From a virus: DNA of 64,000 bases. Below are positions 55,837 to 64,000 of the stretch, one piece after another. Each line of letters opens with the position of its first letter. Position 1 is the stretch's first letter. The notes under the pieces are model-generated. The model did no database searches and was not told the origin of the DNA. It worked only from the letters and a program-made list of their open reading frames with translations. Made by a program: the position numbers and the translations under genes. Where the stretch lies: IMG/VR virus record IMGVR_UViG_3300025120_014869, positions 1 through 64,000 of that record; one strand, 5' to 3'.

Positions 55837-58254
55837 ATGGCTAGAACAATACAATCTCCCGGTGTAGAAATAAAAGAAATAGATCAAAGTTTGCGACCAG
55901 TCTTACCAGCTGGAACTAACGTATTAGTTGCAGGATTTACAGATCAAGGCCCTTCAGACGAGGTAATCCAGGTTACAAGTCAGAGTGAGTTCGAACAAAT
56001 TTATGGCATACCCAAAACTCCAGCAGAGAGATATTTTTATCATAGTGTAAGACCACTATTTCAGTCTCCTGCTAACATTCAAACATATCGCTTACCTTAT
56101 GGCGATGATAAAGGTAGAGGATTTGGAAATAAATATTCCGCTTTAGTATACACTGCAAGTGCTTATGATATGTCTAATATTGGTACAAGACAATTCGGTA
56201 CTACGATGGAGACTTATAATGAGCAGGAGACAGATGTTGCATATGTTCTTAATGCCCCGCAACATGTTGAATTGACTGAAACTCAATATAATGATATTTT
56301 ACAAAAGAAGACATTTAATTGGTCAGCAAGTGCAGCAAGAGGAAGCGATGCATTTAGTGGAGATGATTTAGCAACATTAGGTAGATCAGCTTTAATTGTT
56401 CTTAATAAAGCTCAAACAACTATTAATAATAAATTTGAAGGATTTTATTTAGGTGGTATTGATAATACAAATCTTAACCCTGCTACTAATTTTGATGGTA
56501 TTCAAAATGCATTTACCGTAGCAGTATCAGGAGATAAAAAATTAGTTTCAGATTATACTAAATTACCAGCAACAAGATTACAGTTTGCGTTATCAAGCGT
56601 ATCTGATAATAGTACTGATACATTCGGAGTAGATGATGGTAGTGTTTCAGAGGTAATGGAAAACTTAACGCAGTTTGATATTAGTAGTGAAGATTTTAAT
56701 GACACCCTTTCATTCGGTCTATTTAAATTAAGACAATCACCATTCTCACCTGATAGCATTAAATTAGATTATGTTTTATCAGAAAGTTTTGTAGGTTCTA
56801 CTGATTATCATAGACAAATTCAATCAAAAGACGGTGGTGTACCAAAGAGCTTTTATTTAGATACAGTAGAAGATGGTTCTCCTAATGTTATAGTTTTAAC
56901 TAATGACTTTATTTCAAATAGAAATAGTGACGGTTATGCTGATATTAATGGTAACCCAACAAAGATTGTTAGATTTGCATCAGGTGTTAAAAAAGCACAA
57001 GGCGATTTTGATAATAATACTGCTACATTCGGAGTAAGTAGTGAATACATTCCAAGTTATTTCGCTGCATCAAGTGGAGTTACAGACGCTCAAATGACTA
57101 ACTTAAGGAATAATTTAAATGCACAAGCAACTAATTTTCCAGCAGATTCATTATTTCCAGTAGGAGTATATTCTGATAATAAATCAGATTCTAAAAGATT
57201 AGGTTCTATACCTGGTAAATTAGATAGATTATTTGACAGTGTAGAAAATGTAGATTTATTTGATATTGATCTTACAATTGATGGTGGTATTTCAACAATA
57301 CATGCAATGAAAGAATTGAATAATGATGAATTTGACGATCTTATATCAGTCGATTCTACAATGCAAGGTTTTTATACATCAGATATTATTAATGGGTTAT
57401 CAGATAGTGCTAAGACATTTAGATCTAATTGGAAAACAATCTTTGATAGATTTTCTGATTTTGCTGAAAAGCGTAGAAAAGATCATATGTTTATTTCTGA
57501 CTTACCGAGACCATTATTCCTACAAGGTAAAAGTAATTTAACTTTAAATGATGCAAGTAAGAATTTCTCATTAAACGTTCTTAAACCAATCCAAGCTCAT
57601 ACAAGTGTTGTTAATACAAGTTATGCAACAACGTATGGTCAGTGGGTGCAGATTTATGATTCATATTTAGATGATCAGTTCTACGCACCGTTCTCAGGGT
57701 TTGCAGCAGCTTCAATGGCAAATACAGATGCTAATTTCCAACCTTGGTTTGCACCAGCAGGATTTACAAGAGGGATTGTTACAGGTGTTAATGATTTAGC
57801 ATTATATCCAAAACAAAAACAAAGAGATCAGTTATATAAGATTTCAGTTAATCCAGTTGCGTTCTTCCCGAATGAAGGGTTTGTAATGTTTGGTCAAAAG
57901 ACTTTACTTAAGAAACCAAGTGCATTTGATAGAATTAATGTAAGACGTTTATTCTTGAATCTTGAAAAAGCAGTTAGACAGACAGTTAAGTTCTTCGTAT
58001 TTGAACCTAATACATTGCTAACAAGAACAAGAGTTATCAATACCATTAATCCTATTTTTGCAAATGCTAAGAATACTGAAGGAGTTTTCGATTATTTGTT
58101 AGTTTGTGATGAGAGAAATAATACACCAAATGTTATTGATCAGAACGAATTGGTGGTAGACATCTACTTAAAACCAGTTAGAGCGGCAGAATTTATATTA
58201 GTTAACTTTTATGCTACCAGAACAGGTACAGACTTTAATGAATTAGTTGGTTAA
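55837..58254 (+). CDS. gp18: Tail sheath protein gp18
   Basis: SPGVEIKEID, PWFAPAGFTRG, FGQKTL, FDRINVRRLF, FEPN, PVRAAEFI. Confidence 0.95.
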   Translation: MARTIQSPGVEIKEIDQSLRPVLPAGTNVLVAGFTDQGPSDEVIQVTSQSEFEQIYGIPKTPAERYFYHSVRPLFQSPANIQTYRLPYGDDKGRGFGNKYSALVYTASAYDMSNIGTRQFGTTMETYNEQETDVAYVLNAPQHVELTETQYNDILQKKTFNWSASAARGSDAFSGDDLATLGRSALIVLNKAQTTINNKFEGFYLGGIDNTNLNPATNFDGIQNAFTVAVSGDKKLVSDYTKLPATRLQFALSSVSDNSTDTFGVDDGSVSEVMENLTQFDISSEDFNDTLSFGLFKLRQSPFSPDSIKLDYVLSESFVGSTDYHRQIQSKDGGVPKSFYLDTVEDGSPNVIVLTNDFISNRNSDGYADINGNPTKIVRFASGVKKAQGDFDNNTATFGVSSEYIPSYFAASSGVTDAQMTNLRNNLNAQATNFPADSLFPVGVYSDNKSDSKRLGSIPGKLDRLFDSVENVDLFDIDLTIDGGISTIHAMKELNNDEFDDLISVDSTMQGFYTSDIINGLSDSAKTFRSNWKTIFDRFSDFAEKRRKDHMFISDLPRPLFLQGKSNLTLNDASKNFSLNVLKPIQAHTSVVNTSYATTYGQWVQIYDSYLDDQFYAPFSGFAAASMANTDANFQPWFAPAGFTRGIVTGVNDLALYPKQKQRDQLYKISVNPVAFFPNEGFVMFGQKTLLKKPSAFDRINVRRLFLNLEKAVRQTVKFFVFEPNTLLTRTRVINTINPIFANAKNTEGVFDYLLVCDERNNTPNVIDQNELVVDIYLKPVRAAEFILVNFYATRTGTDFNELVG

Positions 58255-58279
58255 TATATACCTATAATTAAATAATAAT

Positions 58280-58873
58280 ATGGCAGACAGTAAATTAACA
58301 GACTTACCAGAAGTAACAACGATTGCAGATAATGATGTATTGTATCTAGCTAATGTATCATTAAATCAATCGAATAAAATAACTTATGCAAATTTAATTA
58401 ATAATAAATTTGTTGTTTTAAATACAGCATTTGAAGCGGTAAGTGCTAGTGTTGATACTTTAAATTCACAATTCCCAGCTATTAGAAATGAAGTATTAGC
58501 TCAAACAGCAAGAGAAGGTTTCTTTACTATGGGTGGTGCTGTATTGAATAATACTAATTTTAGTAGTAGTGCAGTATTTGTATCTACATTTTCATTTGTA
58601 CCTTACGGAGCAAATGGTACTGATGTAGCAGCTAATGTATTATCTGCAACTTTACCATCGCAGTTTTCTCCAGGAGATATATTAACACCATCCTACTTAG
58701 GACATGGAGATTATACTCATTTGAGTGGTGTTGAAATGACTGCAGTACCTTTAAGTAGTAATGCACTTACACTTATAGTTAAAAATAATACAGGTAAAAC
58801 ACTTCAATTATCAGGGGACGGTGCTGGTACCGATACTCTATATTTTAAAGTTGATTATAATAGATCAACATAA
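58280..58873 (+). CDS. Putative virion structural protein
   Basis: Between gp18 and gp19 with own TAAATA-5-ATG; MADSKLTDLP N-terminus, short coiled coil, beta-rich C-terminus. Confidence 0.55.
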   Translation: MADSKLTDLPEVTTIADNDVLYLANVSLNQSNKITYANLINNKFVVLNTAFEAVSASVDTLNSQFPAIRNEVLAQTAREGFFTMGGAVLNNTNFSSSAVFVSTFSFVPYGANGTDVAANVLSATLPSQFSPGDILTPSYLGHGDYTHLSGVEMTAVPLSSNALTLIVKNNTGKTLQLSGDGAGTDTLYFKVDYNRST

Positions 58874-58894
58874 TAAAAAAGATTAAATAATTAC

Positions 58895-59440
58895 ATGGCA
58901 GATACATCACAGACAATTCAAGGGTTTTATACAGCAGCACAATCAAAAGATTTTGCTAGAAATAATCTTTTTAGAGTATTGAATATTAATTTTGGTAGTG
59001 GTTCATCGGTTTCATTTGATGAAAGTGATTTGGTATATGCTACTACTGCAACGTTACCAGGTAAATCAATTACTAACGTACAAGCACCTTATATGGGATT
59101 AAATTTTAACGTTCCAGGTGTTGTTCAGTATGACGGAAGTGATAGTTATTCAATTACATTTAGAAGTGATGAATCATATGATTTAAGAAATAAATTCTTA
59201 CAAGCTATTAATGATACTTTTGATGATTCAGATAGTACAGGTAATTATTTTATGCCAACTGAAGAAGCAGTTCTTGATTTAGTTCTTTTAGATAAGGAAC
59301 TTAATAAAGTTGATCAATATCAATTAGTTGGTATATACCCTAAGAGCGTAAGTGCTCCATCTTATGATGCTACAGCTACAGGCGATATAGTAACGTTTGA
59401 TGCAGCTATATCATACCATTATTTTAGGAAAACATCTTAA
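58895..59440 (+). CDS. gp19: Tail tube protein gp19
   Basis: ARNNLF, ATLPG, PYMG, ITF, GIYP, FDAAISY. Confidence 0.85.
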   Translation: MADTSQTIQGFYTAAQSKDFARNNLFRVLNINFGSGSSVSFDESDLVYATTATLPGKSITNVQAPYMGLNFNVPGVVQYDGSDSYSITFRSDESYDLRNKFLQAINDTFDDSDSTGNYFMPTEEAVLDLVLLDKELNKVDQYQLVGIYPKSVSAPSYDATATGDIVTFDAAISYHYFRKTS

Positions 59441-59447
59441 TTTAAAC

Positions 59448-59470
59448 AAACCGTACTAGGTACGGTTTTT
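59448..59470 (+). terminator. Intrinsic terminator after gp19
   Basis: AAACCGTAC-TAG-GTACGGTTTTT. Confidence 0.75.
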
Positions 59471-59490
59471 CTATGCATAAATATAATTAG

Positions 59491-60339
59491 ATGTCTATAT
59501 TAAATTCTATTAATAATGCTATACAAGGAGTTTCTAATGCTACAAATTCATTAGTCGGTGGTTCAGTAGCTCAACCAGGTTTATCATTATTAGGTACTAA
59601 TTTACCAGGTGTACCATTAATAAGTATGAGAGACCATTTTCTTAATAGTTTAGGTCAATGGTCTTCATCGATACCTTTAAATACACAATTTATAATACTT
59701 TTTGATAGATTTCCATTAGGACTTACAAATCATACCATTAAAATGTTAGAAGAGATAGACGGTAGACAGTTTTCAGATATAACTTTAGCGAAATCAGTTA
59801 CCACAAATTTAAAGAATCAAGGAATGGTAGGTTGTATATTTGCTACTGGGTTTAATGTTGGTTCAGAAACTTTAGATTCAGACGCCGCAATGATAGATAA
59901 TAATAGAGGGTTCATTCAAGGTACAATTTTAAAAGATAGAGGAGCCTTTTCAGGTAATGCTTTAACTATACCATTTAGAGATACTAATACATCGTTTATT
60001 GATTTTGTAATTAGACCTTGGTTAATTATGGCAAGTCATTACGGTTATGTAGCAAGAAATCCTAACGATTTAAGAGAAAGACTTAAAGATCCTAAATGTA
60101 ATATAACTATAGTCCAGTATACAAGGAGCGAAAAAGGTTTATCTCAAATACCAAGAAAAACTTGGCAGTTTTTCAATTGCGTTCCAACTGAAGTTGATAC
60201 AAGAGATTATCAATATGCATCAGGAGAATCTGATAAAAACTTTACAACTAAATGGGTTTATGATCATTATACAGTTAACAATAACTTGTTTATGAATATA
60301 GAAGAGTTGATTAAGTCACTCAACCCGTTTAAATTTTAA
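59491..60339 (+). CDS. Tail-tube-fold baseplate protein (gp54/gp48-like)
   Basis: Tube-like motifs FRDTN, IRPW, FFNCVP; follows gp19. Confidence 0.55.
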   Translation: MSILNSINNAIQGVSNATNSLVGGSVAQPGLSLLGTNLPGVPLISMRDHFLNSLGQWSSSIPLNTQFIILFDRFPLGLTNHTIKMLEEIDGRQFSDITLAKSVTTNLKNQGMVGCIFATGFNVGSETLDSDAAMIDNNRGFIQGTILKDRGAFSGNALTIPFRDTNTSFIDFVIRPWLIMASHYGYVARNPNDLRERLKDPKCNITIVQYTRSEKGLSQIPRKTWQFFNCVPTEVDTRDYQYASGESDKNFTTKWVYDHYTVNNNLFMNIEELIKSLNPFKF

Positions 60340-60341
60340 TA

Positions 60342-61112
60342 ATGAATGAATATCATTATGAAGGATTTATAGTTAAAGAATTAAATTACTTCGATTATAA
60401 AAACTTAGTTAAAAAATTATTGACGACAGATATAGAAGTAATAAATGTTATTTTTAACGAGTTATTCAATAGTTGTTTAATATCTGATAAAAAATATAAC
60501 GCACTTGATAAATTTAAATTAATTCTTTTTATACGTTCTTTAATATTAGGTGAAGACATACAAATAAATTACAAAAAGAGAAATTATAATTTAGATGTAA
60601 CAACTATATTAAAAGATGCTAATATATATGAGAAAGATATAGAGACTGATTGTTTTGTTTTAAATAATTTTACTAGTTTTTATATAAAAGATATTGGTGA
60701 AGAAATAATAAAAAACTTAAAAATTCTAAAAATAAACAATAAAGAAATAAATTTAGAAAAATTTTCATTTGAAGAAAAACAAAAAATATTTAACGAAATA
60801 ACTGATGTTAATATAGTAGATTTATATAACCAATCATTAAAAGATTTAAAAAATAATAAAATAAAATTTTTAGATTTAGATATAAATCTTCATAACGGTG
60901 ATCTACTAAATGTATTGAAACATATTTTCAATTACGATTTAAACAGTTTATATGATTTTGAATATAGTCTAATGAGACATCTTAATTTCACTTCTAATGA
61001 ATTCAAAAATTATTCTTTTTCTGAATTAAAATTATTTCACAATAAACTCAAAGATGAGATGAAGGAACAAAATAAAGACGATAACCCTGGTATACCTACG
61101 CAACACAAGTAA
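60342..61112 (+). CDS. Baseplate hub assembly protein (gp26/gp51-like)
   Basis: DKFKLILFIRSLILGE; C-terminal YSLMRHLNFTSNEF similar to gp51. Confidence 0.55.
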   Translation: MNEYHYEGFIVKELNYFDYKNLVKKLLTTDIEVINVIFNELFNSCLISDKKYNALDKFKLILFIRSLILGEDIQINYKKRNYNLDVTTILKDANIYEKDIETDCFVLNNFTSFYIKDIGEEIIKNLKILKINNKEINLEKFSFEEKQKIFNEITDVNIVDLYNQSLKDLKNNKIKFLDLDINLHNGDLLNVLKHIFNYDLNSLYDFEYSLMRHLNFTSNEFKNYSFSELKLFHNKLKDEMKEQNKDDNPGIPTQHK

Positions 61113-61120
61113 ATATTAAT

Positions 61121-61855
61121 ATGAGTGAAAATTTTAATGACATATTAAATGAGGTAAAAGGGTTAAAAAAGAATTTAACCTTCTTTTCACGAGCTAATAA
61201 TTTAGATTTAGAAATAAGTCCATTAAACTTGCAACAGCAGAAAATAATTATTGAAAATAGTATTCAAAGTAATTTATCTGTTTTATTCTTTAATAATTCA
61301 TTTTATAATATTATTAAAGAAAACTTTGCAGGTGATATAAACACGCTTGATACTATAGACAGAGTATCTATTTCACTATCTTTAAGACAAAAAATGTCAA
61401 ATGAATATGCTTTAGATGATACAAAAGTAGATATATCAAATATTATTGATAAAAATAAAACCCATTTATCTATAGACCCACTTGAAATAGTTACTGATAG
61501 CTTTACATTTAGAGTTAGTAAACCTTCATTAGTGTTAGATAATAAAGTTAACAAACTGCTACTTAATAAATACAAAGGTAAAAAAATTACTGAAGATAAT
61601 GTTAATAATGTAATTAGTGATTTGTATGTGTATGAAATACTTAAATTTGTTGATGAAATAATAGTAGGAGATAAAACATTAGTTATTTCAGAAAATTTTA
61701 ACAATTCTTTAAAAATTTTAAGTGAAATCGAAACAAGTGAGTTAAAAGAAATCTTTAACTATATTAATAAAATAAGAGATATTGAGTTAAATATGACTCA
61801 AATACCTAATTCTGAAAAATATATATCTATAACACCTGACTTCTTCGTAGTATAA
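61121..61855 (+). CDS. Baseplate hub assembly protein (gp26-like)
   Basis: PLNLQQQK, IDRVSISLSLR, C-terminal DFF. Confidence 0.55.
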   Translation: MSENFNDILNEVKGLKKNLTFFSRANNLDLEISPLNLQQQKIIIENSIQSNLSVLFFNNSFYNIIKENFAGDINTLDTIDRVSISLSLRQKMSNEYALDDTKVDISNIIDKNKTHLSIDPLEIVTDSFTFRVSKPSLVLDNKVNKLLLNKYKGKKITEDNVNNVISDLYVYEILKFVDEIIVGDKTLVISENFNNSLKILSEIETSELKEIFNYINKIRDIELNMTQIPNSEKYISITPDFFVV

Positions 61856-61876
61856 TATTTTTTATAAATATTATTA

Positions 61877-63478
61877 ATGGCAGCCGGAGATCAAACTTTA
61901 TCAGATGCACTTCTCTTAATAACTAAAGTTTCTAATAATCAAAATAAAAGACTTGATAAATTAGAAAAAGTTTCTGGCTCTTCTTATAATGAAGGTCCTA
62001 AAAAAGTTGAAGAGTTGGTAAAAAAACCTGAACCAAGAATTATAACTGATTTTGGTAAAAGTGCAGAAAAAGATTTAAGAAATGCTTTAACACAGAAAGA
62101 AGAAGATGAAGAAAAGAAACCTGAAGGAGGTTTCAATTTTATTAAAAAATTAATTGGACCTGCCTTATTAGTGTTAGGAGGTCTATCAGCTTTAGTTACA
62201 GGTTTAATGACAGATGGTCCTTTAAAAGGTCTGTTTAATATTTTATCGAAAGGTGGTATTATAGGAGGTGTTAAACTATTTGCAAACTTAGCTGGTAAGC
62301 AAATGGGTAAATTTACTGAAACCTTTGCTAAAATATTACCTAAAAACTTATTTGGTAATATTATAGAAAGTGCTAAAAGTTTCTTAGGAGGTATAGGTAA
62401 ATTTTTATTAGCACCATTTAAAAAGCTTGGAGGTAAAGGAGCTGCTAAAGGTGTATTTGGAGTTATAAGTAAATTATTTGCTAAAACTTTACAACCTGTA
62501 TTAAAAAGAATACCAGGTATAGGTTCTCTTATATCATGGGGGTTTGCTGTTAGTAGATTTAAGAGTGGTCAACTTGGAAGAGGTTTAATTGATCTTGCTT
62601 CAGGTATAGCTACTTTATTTCCAGGTTTAGGTACTGGTTTAAGTATAGGTTTAGATGTATTAAATGCGTTTTTAGATGTAAAAGCTGGTAATCCAGAAGA
62701 AGTTAAACCAGCAGGTTCAGGGTTTAAAATAGGTGATTTTTTTGGTAATGTAAAAGATAAAATTATGAATAATTTTCCAATTAAAAATTTATTTGAATTT
62801 TTTGGAGGTGTAGGTGATGTAATGGGTGGTAACTTTAAAGGAGGATTTACTAGAATGGCATTTGCTATACCGTTCATGAAACCGTTAAGTGATTTTTTAT
62901 TCAATGAAAAAGAGGAAGCTACTGATAAAGGAGGTAATTTTAGTTTCGGTACATTTTTTAAAAATATTAAAGATAAAATTTTAGTTAAAGTGTTATCTTT
63001 CTTACCTGAAAAAATCTTAGGATTTTCAGTAAGATCAAGAGCAGCAAAAATGTTAGGTATTGATATGGGTCCAATAGTTGATGGTGAATCAGCCCAGACA
63101 AATTTTACAGATATACAAACTGAAAATAATAAACCAAGAAGGAGAGAGTTAGGAGGAGAAGTAAAAGCAAAAAATGAATATATAGTTGGTGAAGCAGGTC
63201 CCGAATTATTCGTTCCAGAATCTGAAGGGTTTATAGTAAGTAATGACAAATCACTTAATTTATTAGATAAAGAAACGTTTAGTAGCTTAACCACTAATAT
63301 AGGTAGTTTACAAGATGAACAATTAAAAGAACTTAAAAAACAAAATATTTTCTTAAAAGCTTTGATAGAAAAATCTAATTCAACTGGAAATGTAGTTAGC
63401 ACTACTAATACTAATACATCAATAATAAATTCAAGTAAAGGACCTTCGATAAAACAATTTAGAGAAATGTATGCTTAA
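61877..63478 (+). CDS. Tape measure / baseplate hub protein (gp29-like)
   Basis: G/K/F-rich amphipathic repeats, LKRIPGIGSL, GGEV...YIVGEAGPELFVP; TATAAATA-6-ATG. Confidence 0.65.
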   Translation: MAAGDQTLSDALLLITKVSNNQNKRLDKLEKVSGSSYNEGPKKVEELVKKPEPRIITDFGKSAEKDLRNALTQKEEDEEKKPEGGFNFIKKLIGPALLVLGGLSALVTGLMTDGPLKGLFNILSKGGIIGGVKLFANLAGKQMGKFTETFAKILPKNLFGNIIESAKSFLGGIGKFLLAPFKKLGGKGAAKGVFGVISKLFAKTLQPVLKRIPGIGSLISWGFAVSRFKSGQLGRGLIDLASGIATLFPGLGTGLSIGLDVLNAFLDVKAGNPEEVKPAGSGFKIGDFFGNVKDKIMNNFPIKNLFEFFGGVGDVMGGNFKGGFTRMAFAIPFMKPLSDFLFNEKEEATDKGGNFSFGTFFKNIKDKILVKVLSFLPEKILGFSVRSRAAKMLGIDMGPIVDGESAQTNFTDIQTENNKPRRRELGGEVKAKNEYIVGEAGPELFVPESEGFIVSNDKSLNLLDKETFSSLTTNIGSLQDEQLKELKKQNIFLKALIEKSNSTGNVVSTTNTNTSIINSSKGPSIKQFREMYA

Positions 63479-63491
63479 TTAAATATTATTA

Positions 63492-64000
63492 ATGGCAAAC
63501 TTATGGACTCTTAAATTTGGTAAAGACGCTAAACTACCTGTATTAGTTAGATCAGGTACTAACGTCGGTGCAAACATGAGTTTTGTTAAAAATAGAGTTT
63601 ATAAAGGCCTATCAGGACCATCTGATCCTATTGATGTTAATAATGAATTTCCTTGGACTAAAAGTCCTAAATCTTCTAGAGAGGATGTACCTAAACTTAG
63701 AATGATTGAAAAAAGAATTACTAAAAATAGTACTGTTAGTAATTTAGCTTATTCTTTATTAGCAAGTGCAGATTTAGCAAATACTGTAGGTAGCAGTGTT
63801 ATTGATGCTATAAAACCTGGTGATGAAAAAAATATAGAAGATCAGCTTAATATTATTCGTCAAGGCGGTAGTGATAATAAAACTGATGCAGCAAAGGATG
63901 AAGGTATTTTAAGCACTGTAGCTAAAGCTGCAGGGGAATTATTAACACAAGACACATTTCAAAGTAACGTACTTAAGCCATATAATTTTTTATATTCTAC
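63492..64000 (+). CDS. Baseplate/tail protein, partial
   Basis: TAAATA-6-ATG; MANLWTLKFG...FPWTKSP; open to window edge; tail-module context. Confidence 0.5.
   Translation, partial: MANLWTLKFGKDAKLPVLVRSGTNVGANMSFVKNRVYKGLSGPSDPIDVNNEFPWTKSPKSSREDVPKLRMIEKRITKNSTVSNLAYSLLASADLANTVGSSVIDAIKPGDEKNIEDQLNIIRQGGSDNKTDAAKDEGILSTVAKAAGELLTQDTFQSNVLKPYNFLYS

Noticed and set aside
62569-63402. 277-aa antisense ORF
   Set aside because: Shadow of the Gly/Lys/Phe-rich tape-measure-like gene; no promoter motif or recognisable domain
1-64000. tRNA, rRNA, CRISPR array, alternative genetic code, bacterial origin
   Set aside because: Intergenic gaps are very short with no cloverleaf or repeat-spacer pattern seen; genes are intact in code 11 with all three stops used; T4 core genes and late promoters show the bacterial-type genes are phage-borne

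Overview
A 64-kb segment of a very AT-rich, T4-like (myovirus) bacteriophage genome, probably aquatic; the host cannot be determined from sequence alone. It holds a rearranged T4 replication/recombination core (uvsY, uvsW, gp55, gp47, gp46, gp43, uvsX, gp41, gp32, gp45, rnh, gp61) and part of the morphogenesis module (gp14, gp17, gp3-like, gp18, gp19, baseplate/tape-measure genes). Accessory content: (i) a late-promoter-driven cassette of two paralogous small membrane proteins, CsgF, CsgG, a curlin-repeat protein, a FecR-domain protein and a CHASE2 class III adenylate cyclase, which looks like a phage-encoded trans-envelope signalling system; (ii) a dispersed 7-deazaguanine pathway (FolE2, QueD, QueE, a divergent QueC lacking most Zn-cysteines) with a Gat-GNAT-dGTP diphosphohydrolase-glycosyltransferase operon beside the helicase; (iii) NDP-rhamnose genes and a second glycosyltransferase inside the replication module; (iv) about 20 late proteins with T4 capsid-targeting-like N-termini, including an SOD, a protease and a ligase-fold/nucleotidyltransferase fusion. 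At the DNA level most transcription units appear leaderless: TAAATA (late) or TATAAT (sigma70-type) lies 5-7 nt before the start codon, and an AGGAAC element sits exactly 5 nt before the -10 box in a promoter subset. No tRNA, rRNA or CRISPR array was recognised. All calls are from motif recognition by eye; no database searches were run.
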